Below are positions 48,727 through 58,613 of a DNA stretch of 64,000 nt, piece by piece. The position numbers and the translations under genes are program-made. The notes beneath the pieces are model-generated. The model did no database searches, was not told the DNA's origin, and saw only the letters and a program-made list of their open reading frames with translations. Origin of the DNA: an uncultured archaeon (GTDB taxonomy: Archaea > Asgardarchaeota > Lokiarchaeia > Sigyniarchaeales > SOKP01); contig CAZALK010000017.1 in assembly GCA_964486045.1 (NCBI GenBank), positions 1 through 64,000 of the forward strand, given 5' to 3'. Positions within the stretch are counted from its first letter, which is position 1. The number at the start of each line of letters is the position of its first letter.

Positions 48727-49938
48727 ATGGCTGAATTAAGGTACTTCTTTGCTTATGAACTGGAAGATACAGGGGAACGGAAAGAAATTTTTTTCTCTGA
48801 GAAGGATTTAGCACAGTATCTTTATCCAGAGCAAGTCTTAGTGCTAGTTCGAGAAGATTTAAGGAGAATCTTCATCTGGAAAGGCGCCAAATCACCGATA
48901 AACAAGAGATTTATAAGTTCTAGAATAGCTCGAGATTTGCAACAAGATTTAATGAAGGATGCTCGTTATCATCGATGTAAAATTGTATCTGTTGACCAAG
49001 GAGATGAAATTCAAGAATTTCTTGATATTTTTAACCTAAAATCAATGGAAGTTAAAGAAAGATTAGCGGACATGAGATATGTACTTAATAGGGATAAAGA
49101 GGTGATTGAAAAAAAGGTAGTATACCCAGAAAAGAAAGAATATAGGATTAATAAACATCTAACGCTAAAATTAATAGAGGGACAAACTGAAATTTATATT
49201 GATGAGAAACCCTTTCATCAATGCAAATATCTCCTACTTAATCTCACTCAAAAAGATTTTGCTAAGTTTGATCACATTGACTCAATTGATGAAGCGTTTG
49301 AGATATATAACAAGATGGATAAAAATCATGAAGGAGATCATGATCTAATTGATCCTGAATCTGAATTTATTGGTCATTGCTCTAATCTCCAAGCATGGTA
49401 TGAACATGACTATAATCTAAGAATTCTGCACAGCAGCTTGTCCATCCCCTTACTCAAAAAAATGGCGTTCTTAGGAGATAAAAAGGCCATTATTAAATTA
49501 AAAGAAAGCATTGCAACTAGGATTGCATCAAGACATTATAATACCATTATTTTTTACTTGAATGAAAAATACCTTAGATTATTTTCAAACGAGGAATTGG
49601 AAGTAATGTTTGAAGATTGGCTTGACAAAAACGTTGAATTCGCTTTCATGGAGAAAAGAAGGTTATGGTATCCTCTTCTTAAAGAATTGATTGATAGGGG
49701 AATTACCAGGGCACAGAAAATCATTAAAAAAGAAATCGTTTTATATCTAATAGAAGACAATTTTGAGGCCTATCGATATTTATTGAATAGTGATTTTATC
49801 AAGCTCATTAACTTAGAAGATCTTGAGGAAGTCTATGAACTAATTCCAAAAAAAGATATGGTTGCATTAAGACGAATTGAAAATCTAATTCTCAAAGCCA
49901 CACTTAAAGAGAGAAGAAATTTAAAAGAAGAAAATTGA
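48727..49938 (+). CDS. Gelsolin-like domain fused to a Lokiarchaeia-type (LRR-associated) domain
   Basis: QVLVLV..DLRRIFIWKG..S and VDQGDE..EFL; then HLTLKL...CKYLLLN...EFIGHCSNLQAW. Confidence 0.65.
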   Translation: MAELRYFFAYELEDTGERKEIFFSEKDLAQYLYPEQVLVLVREDLRRIFIWKGAKSPINKRFISSRIARDLQQDLMKDARYHRCKIVSVDQGDEIQEFLDIFNLKSMEVKERLADMRYVLNRDKEVIEKKVVYPEKKEYRINKHLTLKLIEGQTEIYIDEKPFHQCKYLLLNLTQKDFAKFDHIDSIDEAFEIYNKMDKNHEGDHDLIDPESEFIGHCSNLQAWYEHDYNLRILHSSLSIPLLKKMAFLGDKKAIIKLKESIATRIASRHYNTIIFYLNEKYLRLFSNEELEVMFEDWLDKNVEFAFMEKRRLWYPLLKELIDRGITRAQKIIKKEIVLYLIEDNFEAYRYLLNSDFIKLINLEDLEEVYELIPKKDMVALRRIENLILKATLKERRNLKEEN

Positions 49939-50061
49939 ATTAAAAGTATTGATTCTCCTCAATAAGTAATTTCCCTTCAAATGTTCGAAAATCTTCATAG
50001 ACCGAGAAATCTTTAGAATTATTATCTAGGAAAATTGTGAAGAAAAACCAAATAATTATGC

Positions 50062-51009
50062 CTAAATTGTTAGGATACGTCCATAACCTCGTTTCATCCT
50101 GATTAATTGTTGGGTTACGATATCAAAATCAAATTGAATATTCATTGCTCTTCCACGCATCATTGGTTCTATAAAAAAAAATCTAACCGTAAATGTTCTA
50201 TCGTTTTTAGTAAATATCGGTAAAGGGGTCCATTTTGCAAAGTAATAATTCTCAGAAAATGATTCTCTTCCCTTTTGGAAGAATATCATCTCTTGAGAAC
50301 TTAGGACAGATTGTTTATTATAAATAATATTCTTTTTTGAGAAAAGAGATTTTTTTCTAAGATCTAACGAAATTTCATTTCCAGCAATTTTAACCTCATA
50401 TACTATGAAATAAAAGGGTAACACTCCTGGAAAATATTTCTCATTTTCATTAAGATTTGAAGTTACCAATAATTTTGTAGCTATTCGAATGAGATAATAC
50501 ATTAAATAAAAGTAAGTATAGATATTAATAACTGCCATGAAAGTATAGAAGGTTACAGAAGCATTAAAGAGCGAGATTAGAAGAATAATCAATATAACGG
50601 AATTCAACATTGTGAATTGACTACCTGCTTTTTCTACATAAAAACTAAGTTCCTTTTTAGAAAGGGGATATAAATATGGAATTTCTGTAGTCGTAAGTAT
50701 GTCCAATGAGACATGTAACCCATAAAAGATTATTCCGATAACCCAATTAATAAGGAATGGGCGTTGTGTTAGTGATGAGATTATAATACTTATAACGAAT
50801 GATACTATTACACCTGTTATATATGAATGGGATCCTCCACGATGTTCAAGGTAATTTGACTTGAAAAACTTTTTCAGTGGCATTATGAATATATCCAAAT
50901 CAGGTAAAACAGCAAAAAACATTGCTAGTACTATGTAATCATATGTAATTTCCTTTAAGAAGAGGAGATACATGAGTGCCCCAAAAACTATATGTGTGAA
51001 AAAATCCAT
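50062..51009 (-). CDS. Membrane-bound metal-dependent hydrolase (YdjM-like)
   Basis: MDFFTH, LPDLD, HRGGSHS, HVSLDILT. Confidence 0.85.
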   Translation of the reverse strand: MDFFTHIVFGALMYLLFLKEITYDYIVLAMFFAVLPDLDIFIMPLKKFFKSNYLEHRGGSHSYITGVIVSFVISIIISSLTQRPFLINWVIGIIFYGLHVSLDILTTTEIPYLYPLSKKELSFYVEKAGSQFTMLNSVILIILLISLFNASVTFYTFMAVINIYTYFYLMYYLIRIATKLLVTSNLNENEKYFPGVLPFYFIVYEVKIAGNEISLDLRKKSLFSKKNIIYNKQSVLSSQEMIFFQKGRESFSENYYFAKWTPLPIFTKNDRTFTVRFFFIEPMMRGRAMNIQFDFDIVTQQLIRMKRGYGRILTI

Positions 51010-51221
51010 AAGCAGAGTACTAAGTATTTATGTTTTAGATATATGAGTTAAATATTAACTTTTTTACTAGTTAAAATAATAATGAATAAGAGTAGGGGAT
51101 GTTAAGAATTTTGTTATGAGTGAAATATAAAAAATAAGTAAAAGCTTTATTCTCTTTTGATAAAAAGTACAAATATCTAAATATAAGAATATATTAGAAT
51201 TGATAAATTAGTCTACACTTA

Positions 51222-52049
51222 TTGTTTCAGATTATTCCTATGCAAGAAAACAGTAATATTACTATGGTTAACGCTTCTATTGGGCCAATAGAAGATAATA
51301 TTAAGACCGCTCTACAATCACACGGAGGTTTAAAGAATTTTATCTCAGAGGGGGATCAAGTGCTCTTGAAACCTAATTTTAACACAGGTGATCCCTTTCC
51401 CGCCAGCACAGATCCAGATTTCCTCCTTACAGTTGTTAAAATGGTTCTGAATTTCACAGCTAATGTGAGTATTATCGAATCCTCCATGTTCCGTTTAAAG
51501 ACGGAAGATGTCATTAATGGAATAATGGGAGATCGGTTAAAAAAATTAAATGTCCCTCTCATAACAGAACAAGATTTCACTTATAAGAAAATTGATCTAA
51601 AGTCACAGGGAGCAACTTATCTAAAGAATGTCAAGTTCCCAGAGCGGATTATTGATCCTGACATAAAAATTATCTTATTACCATGTCTTAAGACCCATTT
51701 CGTTGCTAATTACACAGGGGCATTGAAAATAGCTGTTGGTTTTATGGAAAGAAAACAACGTATACGATTACATATGAGCCGTACCGTGCCGGAAAAAGTC
51801 GCAGAAATTAATTTAGGATATAAACCACACTTAATAATTATGGATGCTAGGAAAATTTTTGTGACGAAAGGTCCAACAAAGGGTCAAATTGAATTACCTC
51901 AAAAGATATTGGTGGGAACGAACAGAACAGAAATGGATATTGAGGGTGTAAAGCTGATTCAGTCATATAAAGCCGACAATAAATTGCAAAACACTAAACC
52001 TCTAGATGTGCGCACTATTAAACGAGCTTTAGACCTGAAAATAATGTAA
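51222..52049 (+). CDS. DUF362 family protein
   Basis: VLLKPN, TDP, PCLKTH, TGALK. Confidence 0.8.
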   Translation: MFQIIPMQENSNITMVNASIGPIEDNIKTALQSHGGLKNFISEGDQVLLKPNFNTGDPFPASTDPDFLLTVVKMVLNFTANVSIIESSMFRLKTEDVINGIMGDRLKKLNVPLITEQDFTYKKIDLKSQGATYLKNVKFPERIIDPDIKIILLPCLKTHFVANYTGALKIAVGFMERKQRIRLHMSRTVPEKVAEINLGYKPHLIIMDARKIFVTKGPTKGQIELPQKILVGTNRTEMDIEGVKLIQSYKADNKLQNTKPLDVRTIKRALDLKIM

Positions 52050-52066
52050 AGTTAAATAAAAGTTTA

Positions 52067-53272
52067 TTACATAGTTAAAGTCTTCAAGAATTTTAGAATG
52101 ATGTCAGGATTTCTTAAGATGAATCTAATCAAAAAGGAAAATACAATTGGATTTCTTAATAATTTGAAGATAAACCTTTTTGGGAAATCCATGTCACCAT
52201 ATATATTAATCAAATACTCCAACTTGTTCGTTCTTAGTATTCTAAAAAATTTATTAAAGTCTTTTGTTGTTAATCTTTCTAATATTGCTCGTATTAAATA
52301 ATGGATTTTTAATTCTTTTCCAATTGATGATACGCAAGGGGATTCATAATATTTCTTAATTATTTTTTTGGAGAAAGTTTCATATTTAATGCACTCTTGA
52401 ATACAATTTGCCGCGTATTTTGCTGCAGTCAACAGCATAATTATTCCTCCCCCCGTTGTGGCCTTAACTTGACATGCAGAGTCTCCTAATAATAAAATGT
52501 TATCAAAAGCAAGCTTGTTCATCATACCATAGGGAATTAGACCACCTTGTTGATCTATCTTCTTTTTCAAATCTATTTTAAGTTGATTAATAAAAATCTG
52601 AAAGTTCCTTTTTGGGTTTTGAGAACTAGCTAAGCCAATTCGGAATGTTCCGTTTCCTTCTGGGACAATCCAACCGAATAATTCCTTCCATTTAGGATCA
52701 AAATACAATGCAGCTTCATTTTCATCAAAATTACCGGGAATTCGAATTTGACTCGCATATAAATTTTTATTTTTAATCCCCAATAATTTTGCAACTGAAG
52801 AAAGGGGCCCGTCACACCCAATTAACAATTTAGTTTCAAGAATTCTTGCTGAAGTCTTAACCAATAATAAATTCTTGTTATTTTCTTTAAAATATTTAAA
52901 AGACTTGAATTTTTCACCAACAAAATATTGAATATTTTCTTTATTTTGCACATTTTCATAGAAAAAACGATCAAGAGTAATTCTATCAATTATGTATGGT
53001 TCTTCATTACTTGATAATTTGATAAACTTCCCTTGAGGTATGATTATTTTTGCTACTTTTACTCGATTTAATATAACTTCTTTTGGTAATTTAATTATTT
53101 TACTTAGTTTTTGAGAGACTATTCCTGCACATTGCAGTGGTAAACCAATTTCTTTATGTTCTTCGATGACAGCAACTTTTAAATTCGTCTCAGATAATAA
53201 ATAACTCAAATAATTTCCAGCAATACTTGCTCCAACAATACAAACATCAAATTTTTCATTATTACGATCCAT
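52067..53272 (-). CDS. Geranylgeranyl reductase family flavoprotein
   Basis: IVGASIAG, PLQCAG, GCDG, FGWIVP, GDSACQVKATTGGGI. Confidence 0.88.
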   Translation of the reverse strand: MDRNNEKFDVCIVGASIAGNYLSYLLSETNLKVAVIEEHKEIGLPLQCAGIVSQKLSKIIKLPKEVILNRVKVAKIIIPQGKFIKLSSNEEPYIIDRITLDRFFYENVQNKENIQYFVGEKFKSFKYFKENNKNLLLVKTSARILETKLLIGCDGPLSSVAKLLGIKNKNLYASQIRIPGNFDENEAALYFDPKWKELFGWIVPEGNGTFRIGLASSQNPKRNFQIFINQLKIDLKKKIDQQGGLIPYGMMNKLAFDNILLLGDSACQVKATTGGGIIMLLTAAKYAANCIQECIKYETFSKKIIKKYYESPCVSSIGKELKIHYLIRAILERLTTKDFNKFFRILRTNKLEYLINIYGDMDFPKRFIFKLLRNPIVFSFLIRFILRNPDIILKFLKTLTM

Positions 53273-53346
53273 TATGAGTTTTTATGATAATAATAAATTA
53301 GAAGTTTTGGAAAAATACCACACATAATAAAAGTGGCATAAAAACT

Positions 53347-54387
53347 TCATAAAGTAGCATAAAATTTCTTATAATAATATAATTCCTCTTTAGGTATTTC
53401 TCGATAACCTAAGGAAGTCATCATTCCATAAACAATTGCTAAGGTCATTCCCGTTACAGCAGGTACTCGGGGCGTAGAAAAATCAGTTCGAAGCATTAGA
53501 AAAGAGTTAATATTTTTTAATACATATCTAGTCTCAGGTCTCTCCTTATATAGACGTATAATTTCTTCCCGGAATTGTTTCATAAAAGATTTGTGTTCTA
53601 TTAATAATTCTTTGATATTTCTTCTTCCAGTCACAAATCCAAAATGTCCAAAACCTGCGTTTAAAGGAACTACCTCAATGAGTTTATCAAGTGTTTCCAT
53701 ATATTTTTCATGATTATAATATATTGGCATGGATGTCGGCATAGTTAATAATTTTGTTTCATGATAAATACTACCAGCGGATTCACCATATTGAATAAAA
53801 TCGATATCTCCATCTTTTATTAAAACGGGACATTGATGATCAGGAGTGTGTCCTGGAGTTTTAAATATGGCTAATTTAACTTCAGAACCATGGATGTGAA
53901 ATCGATCGATAATTTCGAGATTTTCGGCTTTATTATTAAAATTATCAATAGGTTCTATAATTTTAAAGGCTTTATCACTAATGGGTTTCATTTCACCAAC
54001 CAGGTCACCGTATGTTCTCATCCCACGCTGTAAATGAAGTTTAAAGTCATTTAACAATTCCTTTGTAATTTTATTTGTAAGAATTTTCGCATCTTTGTTA
54101 TATTTCTTAATTTTCTCATAGAGTTTGAAAATTCCACCAGCATGATCGAAGTGATGGTGAGTTGGGATGATATATTTAAACGATGAGAGTGGAATATTAT
54201 TTTTTTTTAAATATCTTAACCCATTTTTGATGTCTAATGATGATCCACAGTCTATCAATAGAGATCCATCATCAAATTCCCCGATAAAAACTGATATGGC
54301 TCTCTCGCGACCGTACGCCTTAACATCAATGTGATGAAGGTATTCATTTACTTTACCCGATTTAAGTGTTATTAAATCGTTTACCAT
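53347..54387 (-). CDS. Metallo-beta-lactamase fold hydrolase
   Basis: THHHFDHAGG, TPGHTPDH, FGHFG. Confidence 0.88.
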   Translation of the reverse strand: MVNDLITLKSGKVNEYLHHIDVKAYGRERAISVFIGEFDDGSLLIDCGSSLDIKNGLRYLKKNNIPLSSFKYIIPTHHHFDHAGGIFKLYEKIKKYNKDAKILTNKITKELLNDFKLHLQRGMRTYGDLVGEMKPISDKAFKIIEPIDNFNNKAENLEIIDRFHIHGSEVKLAIFKTPGHTPDHQCPVLIKDGDIDFIQYGESAGSIYHETKLLTMPTSMPIYYNHEKYMETLDKLIEVVPLNAGFGHFGFVTGRRNIKELLIEHKSFMKQFREEIIRLYKERPETRYVLKNINSFLMLRTDFSTPRVPAVTGMTLAIVYGMMTSLGYREIPKEELYYYKKFYATL

Positions 54388-54461
54388 AGATGAAGTAATA
54401 AAGAACTCAATAATAATTATGTTATTATCTTAGGTACAAATTCTAATGATAAGGTAAAAAA

Positions 54462-56654
54462 TTAAAGATCCAGTTTCTGACGCCATAATTTCATATTAGT
54501 CTTTAATTCCTCTTTTTCAGGTTGATCAAGTAATTCTGTTTTGCTTTTCAAATCATTGCAAGTAGCGTGGATATTCTTTAAAACGCTATTATACCCCTTG
54601 ATTTTAACGAATTCACTTTGAAAGTTTTCTAAAGAGGAAGAAATCTCAATTCCTGTCTTATTTTCAATATTATTCATTACTTCATCGAACTGAGATGAAA
54701 GAAACGATGGAGCTGCGGCCTCAGGAATCCTTTTCTCGGGTTTTTCAGTTTCAGGTGGGATCGTTAGTGGTTTTTCATTTAAATGAACTGGTTCTAAGGT
54801 TTGAACAGGTTCACTAGAAAGTCTAGTCTTAATCTTTCTCATAATCTCCTTTCGTGCGCTTACCCAGCAGTCCTCAAGCACGGGAACGAAAATTTTAATG
54901 TGTTCTTCAATTATACTTCCAATTCCTGCAATTTCTGTCACCTTTTCCCCCCTAAACTCGGTAGTTGAAAGTACACATAGGATCACTTCTTCATAGTCTT
55001 TATTAATTCCCCATAAGTTTTGCAAAGCTCTATTTCTGTAGTCAACGTTATCCATTTGATCTAATATTTTTAATCTCGCTTCATGCTCTGCTATTCCTGG
55101 ATTAATGTGAGTAGCTATTCTAAAATTAATTCTTGAAGGTCGTGCTTTAATAGCTTCTAGATCTATATCTAAGAGATCAGGAGCGACAATTAAAACTCTC
55201 ATCTTAGCTTTTGAAATTTCATCTTTAATATGAGCTTTGGCAGCTTCAGGGGAACGTATGAACCAGATATCCTTCATAGTCAATGCACTCTTTGCCCTTT
55301 TTGACTGTTCCCAGAATTCTATTGTAGTTTTCTCACTAAGCTCTAATCTATTTAATATATCACCTAAAGTATGATCTAGAGTATCAACAATTCCTTTCGA
55401 AAAAATTTCTCGAACATTCCCAAACGATTTAAAAATATCCCCAGAAAGACCCTCAATTTTTTCTTCTGCCAAGTTAGCTGCTTTATTAAAATTGTCCATA
55501 ATCTCTGAAAATGTTTTCTCTTTTTCGTCATCTGTTTTAATGCTAATTCCCTCAATGTTTTTGACAGCATCTTCTATCGAGCTTCTTAACTTTTCAACAA
55601 ATTCAGAATCAACACCTTGAGTAAGTTTCTTTAATTCATCTGCAAATACAGTTTGACTTACACTTAATTGCACATTAAGATTGTCGGTAATATTCTTTAA
55701 TCTAGAGGCTATGACTTTTTCAATTATATCTCCTACTGCTTGTTGGATAACTCCTAATCGTAATTTCTGTAAATTGTCGGTAACAATTTTTTTAATGTCT
55801 CCAAATTGATTTCTTAACTCATTTACTTGATTTTTTATAATCTGTGATGTTTTTTGATTAAGAGAATTGAATTGTGCGGTTAAACTTCCAATTTGATCCT
55901 CTGAAATACTTTTTGTTACTTCTCCTAAACCTGAAATATCCTTTGAAATATTTTTGATTTGATCGATTGCGGTAATCGTTTCATCAAATTCTTTCTTTTG
56001 GGCTTGAATTTGAGTAAGCATCTTTTCTTTTAATTCCACCATCGCTTCACTGGAATCCTTAAGGTTTTCCATATTTTTAGCCTGAGATTTTAGTTGAGCA
56101 AAAGATTCATCTAATTGAATAGGAATCTTTGATTTAATATCAGCGATATATGTAGAAAAGTTTCTCAATTGAGCAACTAAAGCCGCATAAGGTGGTAATG
56201 CGGCATAATGAGGAGTGGCACCGATTATTTCTTTAAATAATCCTTTTTCAATGAACTTATCTACAATTTTTTTACATTCTTCTTTCGATTTACCAATTAA
56301 AATTGAAATTTCACCAAGAGAAACAGTTTCACGTCCAGTTGTCCGAAAATATAATTCAATTTCCTCATCTGTTAGCTCTATTTCACCCAGAACCTGTTTT
56401 ATTAATTCTTCCGAATATACAACTTCTTCTTCTTTTTCTGCAAAGTCTTCAACCTCAAAATTGTCGATCTCTAAATTCATGTTAATGAAAACAGTCAATT
56501 TATGTTCTGGATCACCATGTATATTTTCCCTTTTTATAGGGAATTTCATGATATCTTGATATTCTTTAACTGTTATCGGAAATTTAATTTCTGTTAAACA
56601 GAATTTACACTTAATCGGGACTTCAATTATTTCTTTGTCTTTAAATAGATACAT
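54462..56654 (-). CDS. Multidomain protein: Cys/His N-terminal domain, TrmB-like wHTH, long coiled coil, PLD-like effector domain
   Basis: CKFC..HGDPEH; LTDEEIELY...EKGL..Y.ALPP; heptad-rich middle; AKMRVLIVAP. Confidence 0.55.
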   Translation of the reverse strand: MYLFKDKEIIEVPIKCKFCLTEIKFPITVKEYQDIMKFPIKRENIHGDPEHKLTVFINMNLEIDNFEVEDFAEKEEEVVYSEELIKQVLGEIELTDEEIELYFRTTGRETVSLGEISILIGKSKEECKKIVDKFIEKGLFKEIIGATPHYAALPPYAALVAQLRNFSTYIADIKSKIPIQLDESFAQLKSQAKNMENLKDSSEAMVELKEKMLTQIQAQKKEFDETITAIDQIKNISKDISGLGEVTKSISEDQIGSLTAQFNSLNQKTSQIIKNQVNELRNQFGDIKKIVTDNLQKLRLGVIQQAVGDIIEKVIASRLKNITDNLNVQLSVSQTVFADELKKLTQGVDSEFVEKLRSSIEDAVKNIEGISIKTDDEKEKTFSEIMDNFNKAANLAEEKIEGLSGDIFKSFGNVREIFSKGIVDTLDHTLGDILNRLELSEKTTIEFWEQSKRAKSALTMKDIWFIRSPEAAKAHIKDEISKAKMRVLIVAPDLLDIDLEAIKARPSRINFRIATHINPGIAEHEARLKILDQMDNVDYRNRALQNLWGINKDYEEVILCVLSTTEFRGEKVTEIAGIGSIIEEHIKIFVPVLEDCWVSARKEIMRKIKTRLSSEPVQTLEPVHLNEKPLTIPPETEKPEKRIPEAAAPSFLSSQFDEVMNNIENKTGIEISSSLENFQSEFVKIKGYNSVLKNIHATCNDLKSKTELLDQPEKEELKTNMKLWRQKLDL

Positions 56655-56683
56655 TTAATTTTATCCTCTCACATTTTATAAAG

Positions 56684-57937
56684 CTAAAATTCTACCTTCT
56701 CAGGGTAGGTTATCTCTAACAAGCTCAGAGCTTTCTTAGCAATTTCATATGTAATTTCGCCATCATTATCTTGGTTCTTATAAGCAGTCCGAATCTTAGG
56801 AAGGAGGTATTCTGGAAAAATTATTAAAGGCTTAATTTCTGTAAGTAGACAAATCCATTTTCGGTCATTTTTATCGATAATCTCAGTAATGATATTTAGG
56901 TCTTTCAAATCATCTAATAATAGCTCAGTAACTGCGAATTCTGAAAATATCTTTGGAATTTTGTCCAGTGGATAGTGATTATGTCGCATTAGTACAAAGA
57001 AATCGTAAGCATCAGGACTTAAGAGAAGTGAAGCTAGTTTCTTTATTTCATCTAGAGGTTGTGTATAGGGATCATAATTTGAAAAATAATCAATTACTTT
57101 TTGTCGATATATTGGATATAATTCATTTTCTGTATCCTTGAAATGATTTAATAAATTTTCATTTGGGATTCGAGCCATCATAATATCCTTTACTAAGAAT
57201 AAATATTCTCCTTGATGTTTTATTTCACCTGTTTTTCTATCTTTTTCCCCTTTTATCCAATCCCGTCTAATGATATTTAGTTCTAAAAAGGGTTGGAGAA
57301 GTATATCTACATTAATAGAAACAGCCATACTTTCTATTATTTTTTTTAAATCCCCTTTAGAAATCGGATGTTCTCGTAAAACCTCTAAGATCTTCAATCG
57401 TTCATTACTATTATAGATTAGAGCAATCTTCTGAAGTTTGTCTAAGTTAGATAATCTATCGACTTGAAAAATTGTAAATTTGATTTCATTTTTTAACCGG
57501 ATATTAATATTTTCGATTAAAGAGATCTGCTTTGAGTTTTTTGCTCGAGTCAGTTTATCAAATATAGTATCTAACCGACTTCCCATATCATTAATAAGAT
57601 CCTCGAAAATTTCAATTTCATCATCTAATTCAAAAATTGAAATTGCTAAATATTGTGTACCATCTGCTACTTGCTTAAAATATGAAATAACTTGATATGG
57701 GGTTTCCTTTAGTCTTCCTGTGTAAAAATTGGTATAACTATATTTTACCCCAAAGAGCCCGGTTGTATGTTGATAAAAGATAGCGAATATATCATTTTGG
57801 CTGAGTACCGCAGAGAAATTATCTTCGCCCAGGTTCTCATCTCTCAATATCAACTGAATTGGTTCAAATTCTGGCTCGATTTCCCCGGTCTCTTTCTGAT
57901 TTATGTTGAACTGAAATGTCAAAATACCTTGGATCAA
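56684..57937 (-). CDS. Conserved hypothetical protein (possible longin-like N-terminus plus wHTH)
   Basis: 417-aa ORF, co-oriented with 54462..56654 and 29 nt upstream of it. Confidence 0.55.
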   Translation of the reverse strand: MIQGILTFQFNINQKETGEIEPEFEPIQLILRDENLGEDNFSAVLSQNDIFAIFYQHTTGLFGVKYSYTNFYTGRLKETPYQVISYFKQVADGTQYLAISIFELDDEIEIFEDLINDMGSRLDTIFDKLTRAKNSKQISLIENINIRLKNEIKFTIFQVDRLSNLDKLQKIALIYNSNERLKILEVLREHPISKGDLKKIIESMAVSINVDILLQPFLELNIIRRDWIKGEKDRKTGEIKHQGEYLFLVKDIMMARIPNENLLNHFKDTENELYPIYRQKVIDYFSNYDPYTQPLDEIKKLASLLLSPDAYDFFVLMRHNHYPLDKIPKIFSEFAVTELLLDDLKDLNIITEIIDKNDRKWICLLTEIKPLIIFPEYLLPKIRTAYKNQDNDGEITYEIAKKALSLLEITYPEKVEF

Positions 57938-58613
57938 ATTTAAATACCTCTAAAATTCTATAAATATCTTTTATAAGATAAAATAAATATAATTATTTCT
58001 TAAGTATTATGTATTATTATCATTTAAATAAAGTTTATTCAAATTAATACATAATAGTGTTTTTAGCTGAAAATTTCGGCTTGAATCATAATATTACCGT
58101 TTCCAAATACAGATGACTATTTGGATATTTCTTAAACACAAACATTTGAGATGATCATTCTAACCTTGAATTTTCACCACATTATTAATTATCATAAATC
58201 CTTCAGTTTGTTTAAATGGATATTTTATTGTTTTTCAGAGAGTTTAGAAGTATCCCAGAGTTATTAGAGAAGTGATGAAATATTAAAGAGTTCTTGATAG
58301 GAATACTGATTCAGAAGTATTTATTATGCTTTAAATACTCTTTTTCTGTTTTATTCAGACTTATCATTTTTAACTAAAAATATGATGTATAGGTCAAAAA
58401 ATCCTCATAACTTGTTTTATTAATACAAAGAGATTAATAACAAAATTACTTCCTCTTAAGATTATACTTATAATTGTTAAATATAAAAATTAGAGTAAGT
58501 TATATTAAAATAAGTATTAGATTTCTTAATAAGAATAGAAATTAATTCAATTAATCATTTACCCAAATTTGAGGAACATTTAAATTTATTATAAAAATTG
58601 AGGTTTTAATAGA

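Noticed and set aside
57940-58610. Long AT-rich spacer as a hidden gene or replication origin
   Set aside because: No convincing ORF, ORB-like repeat or adjacent cdc6/orc1 gene; likely divergent promoters or decayed sequence.
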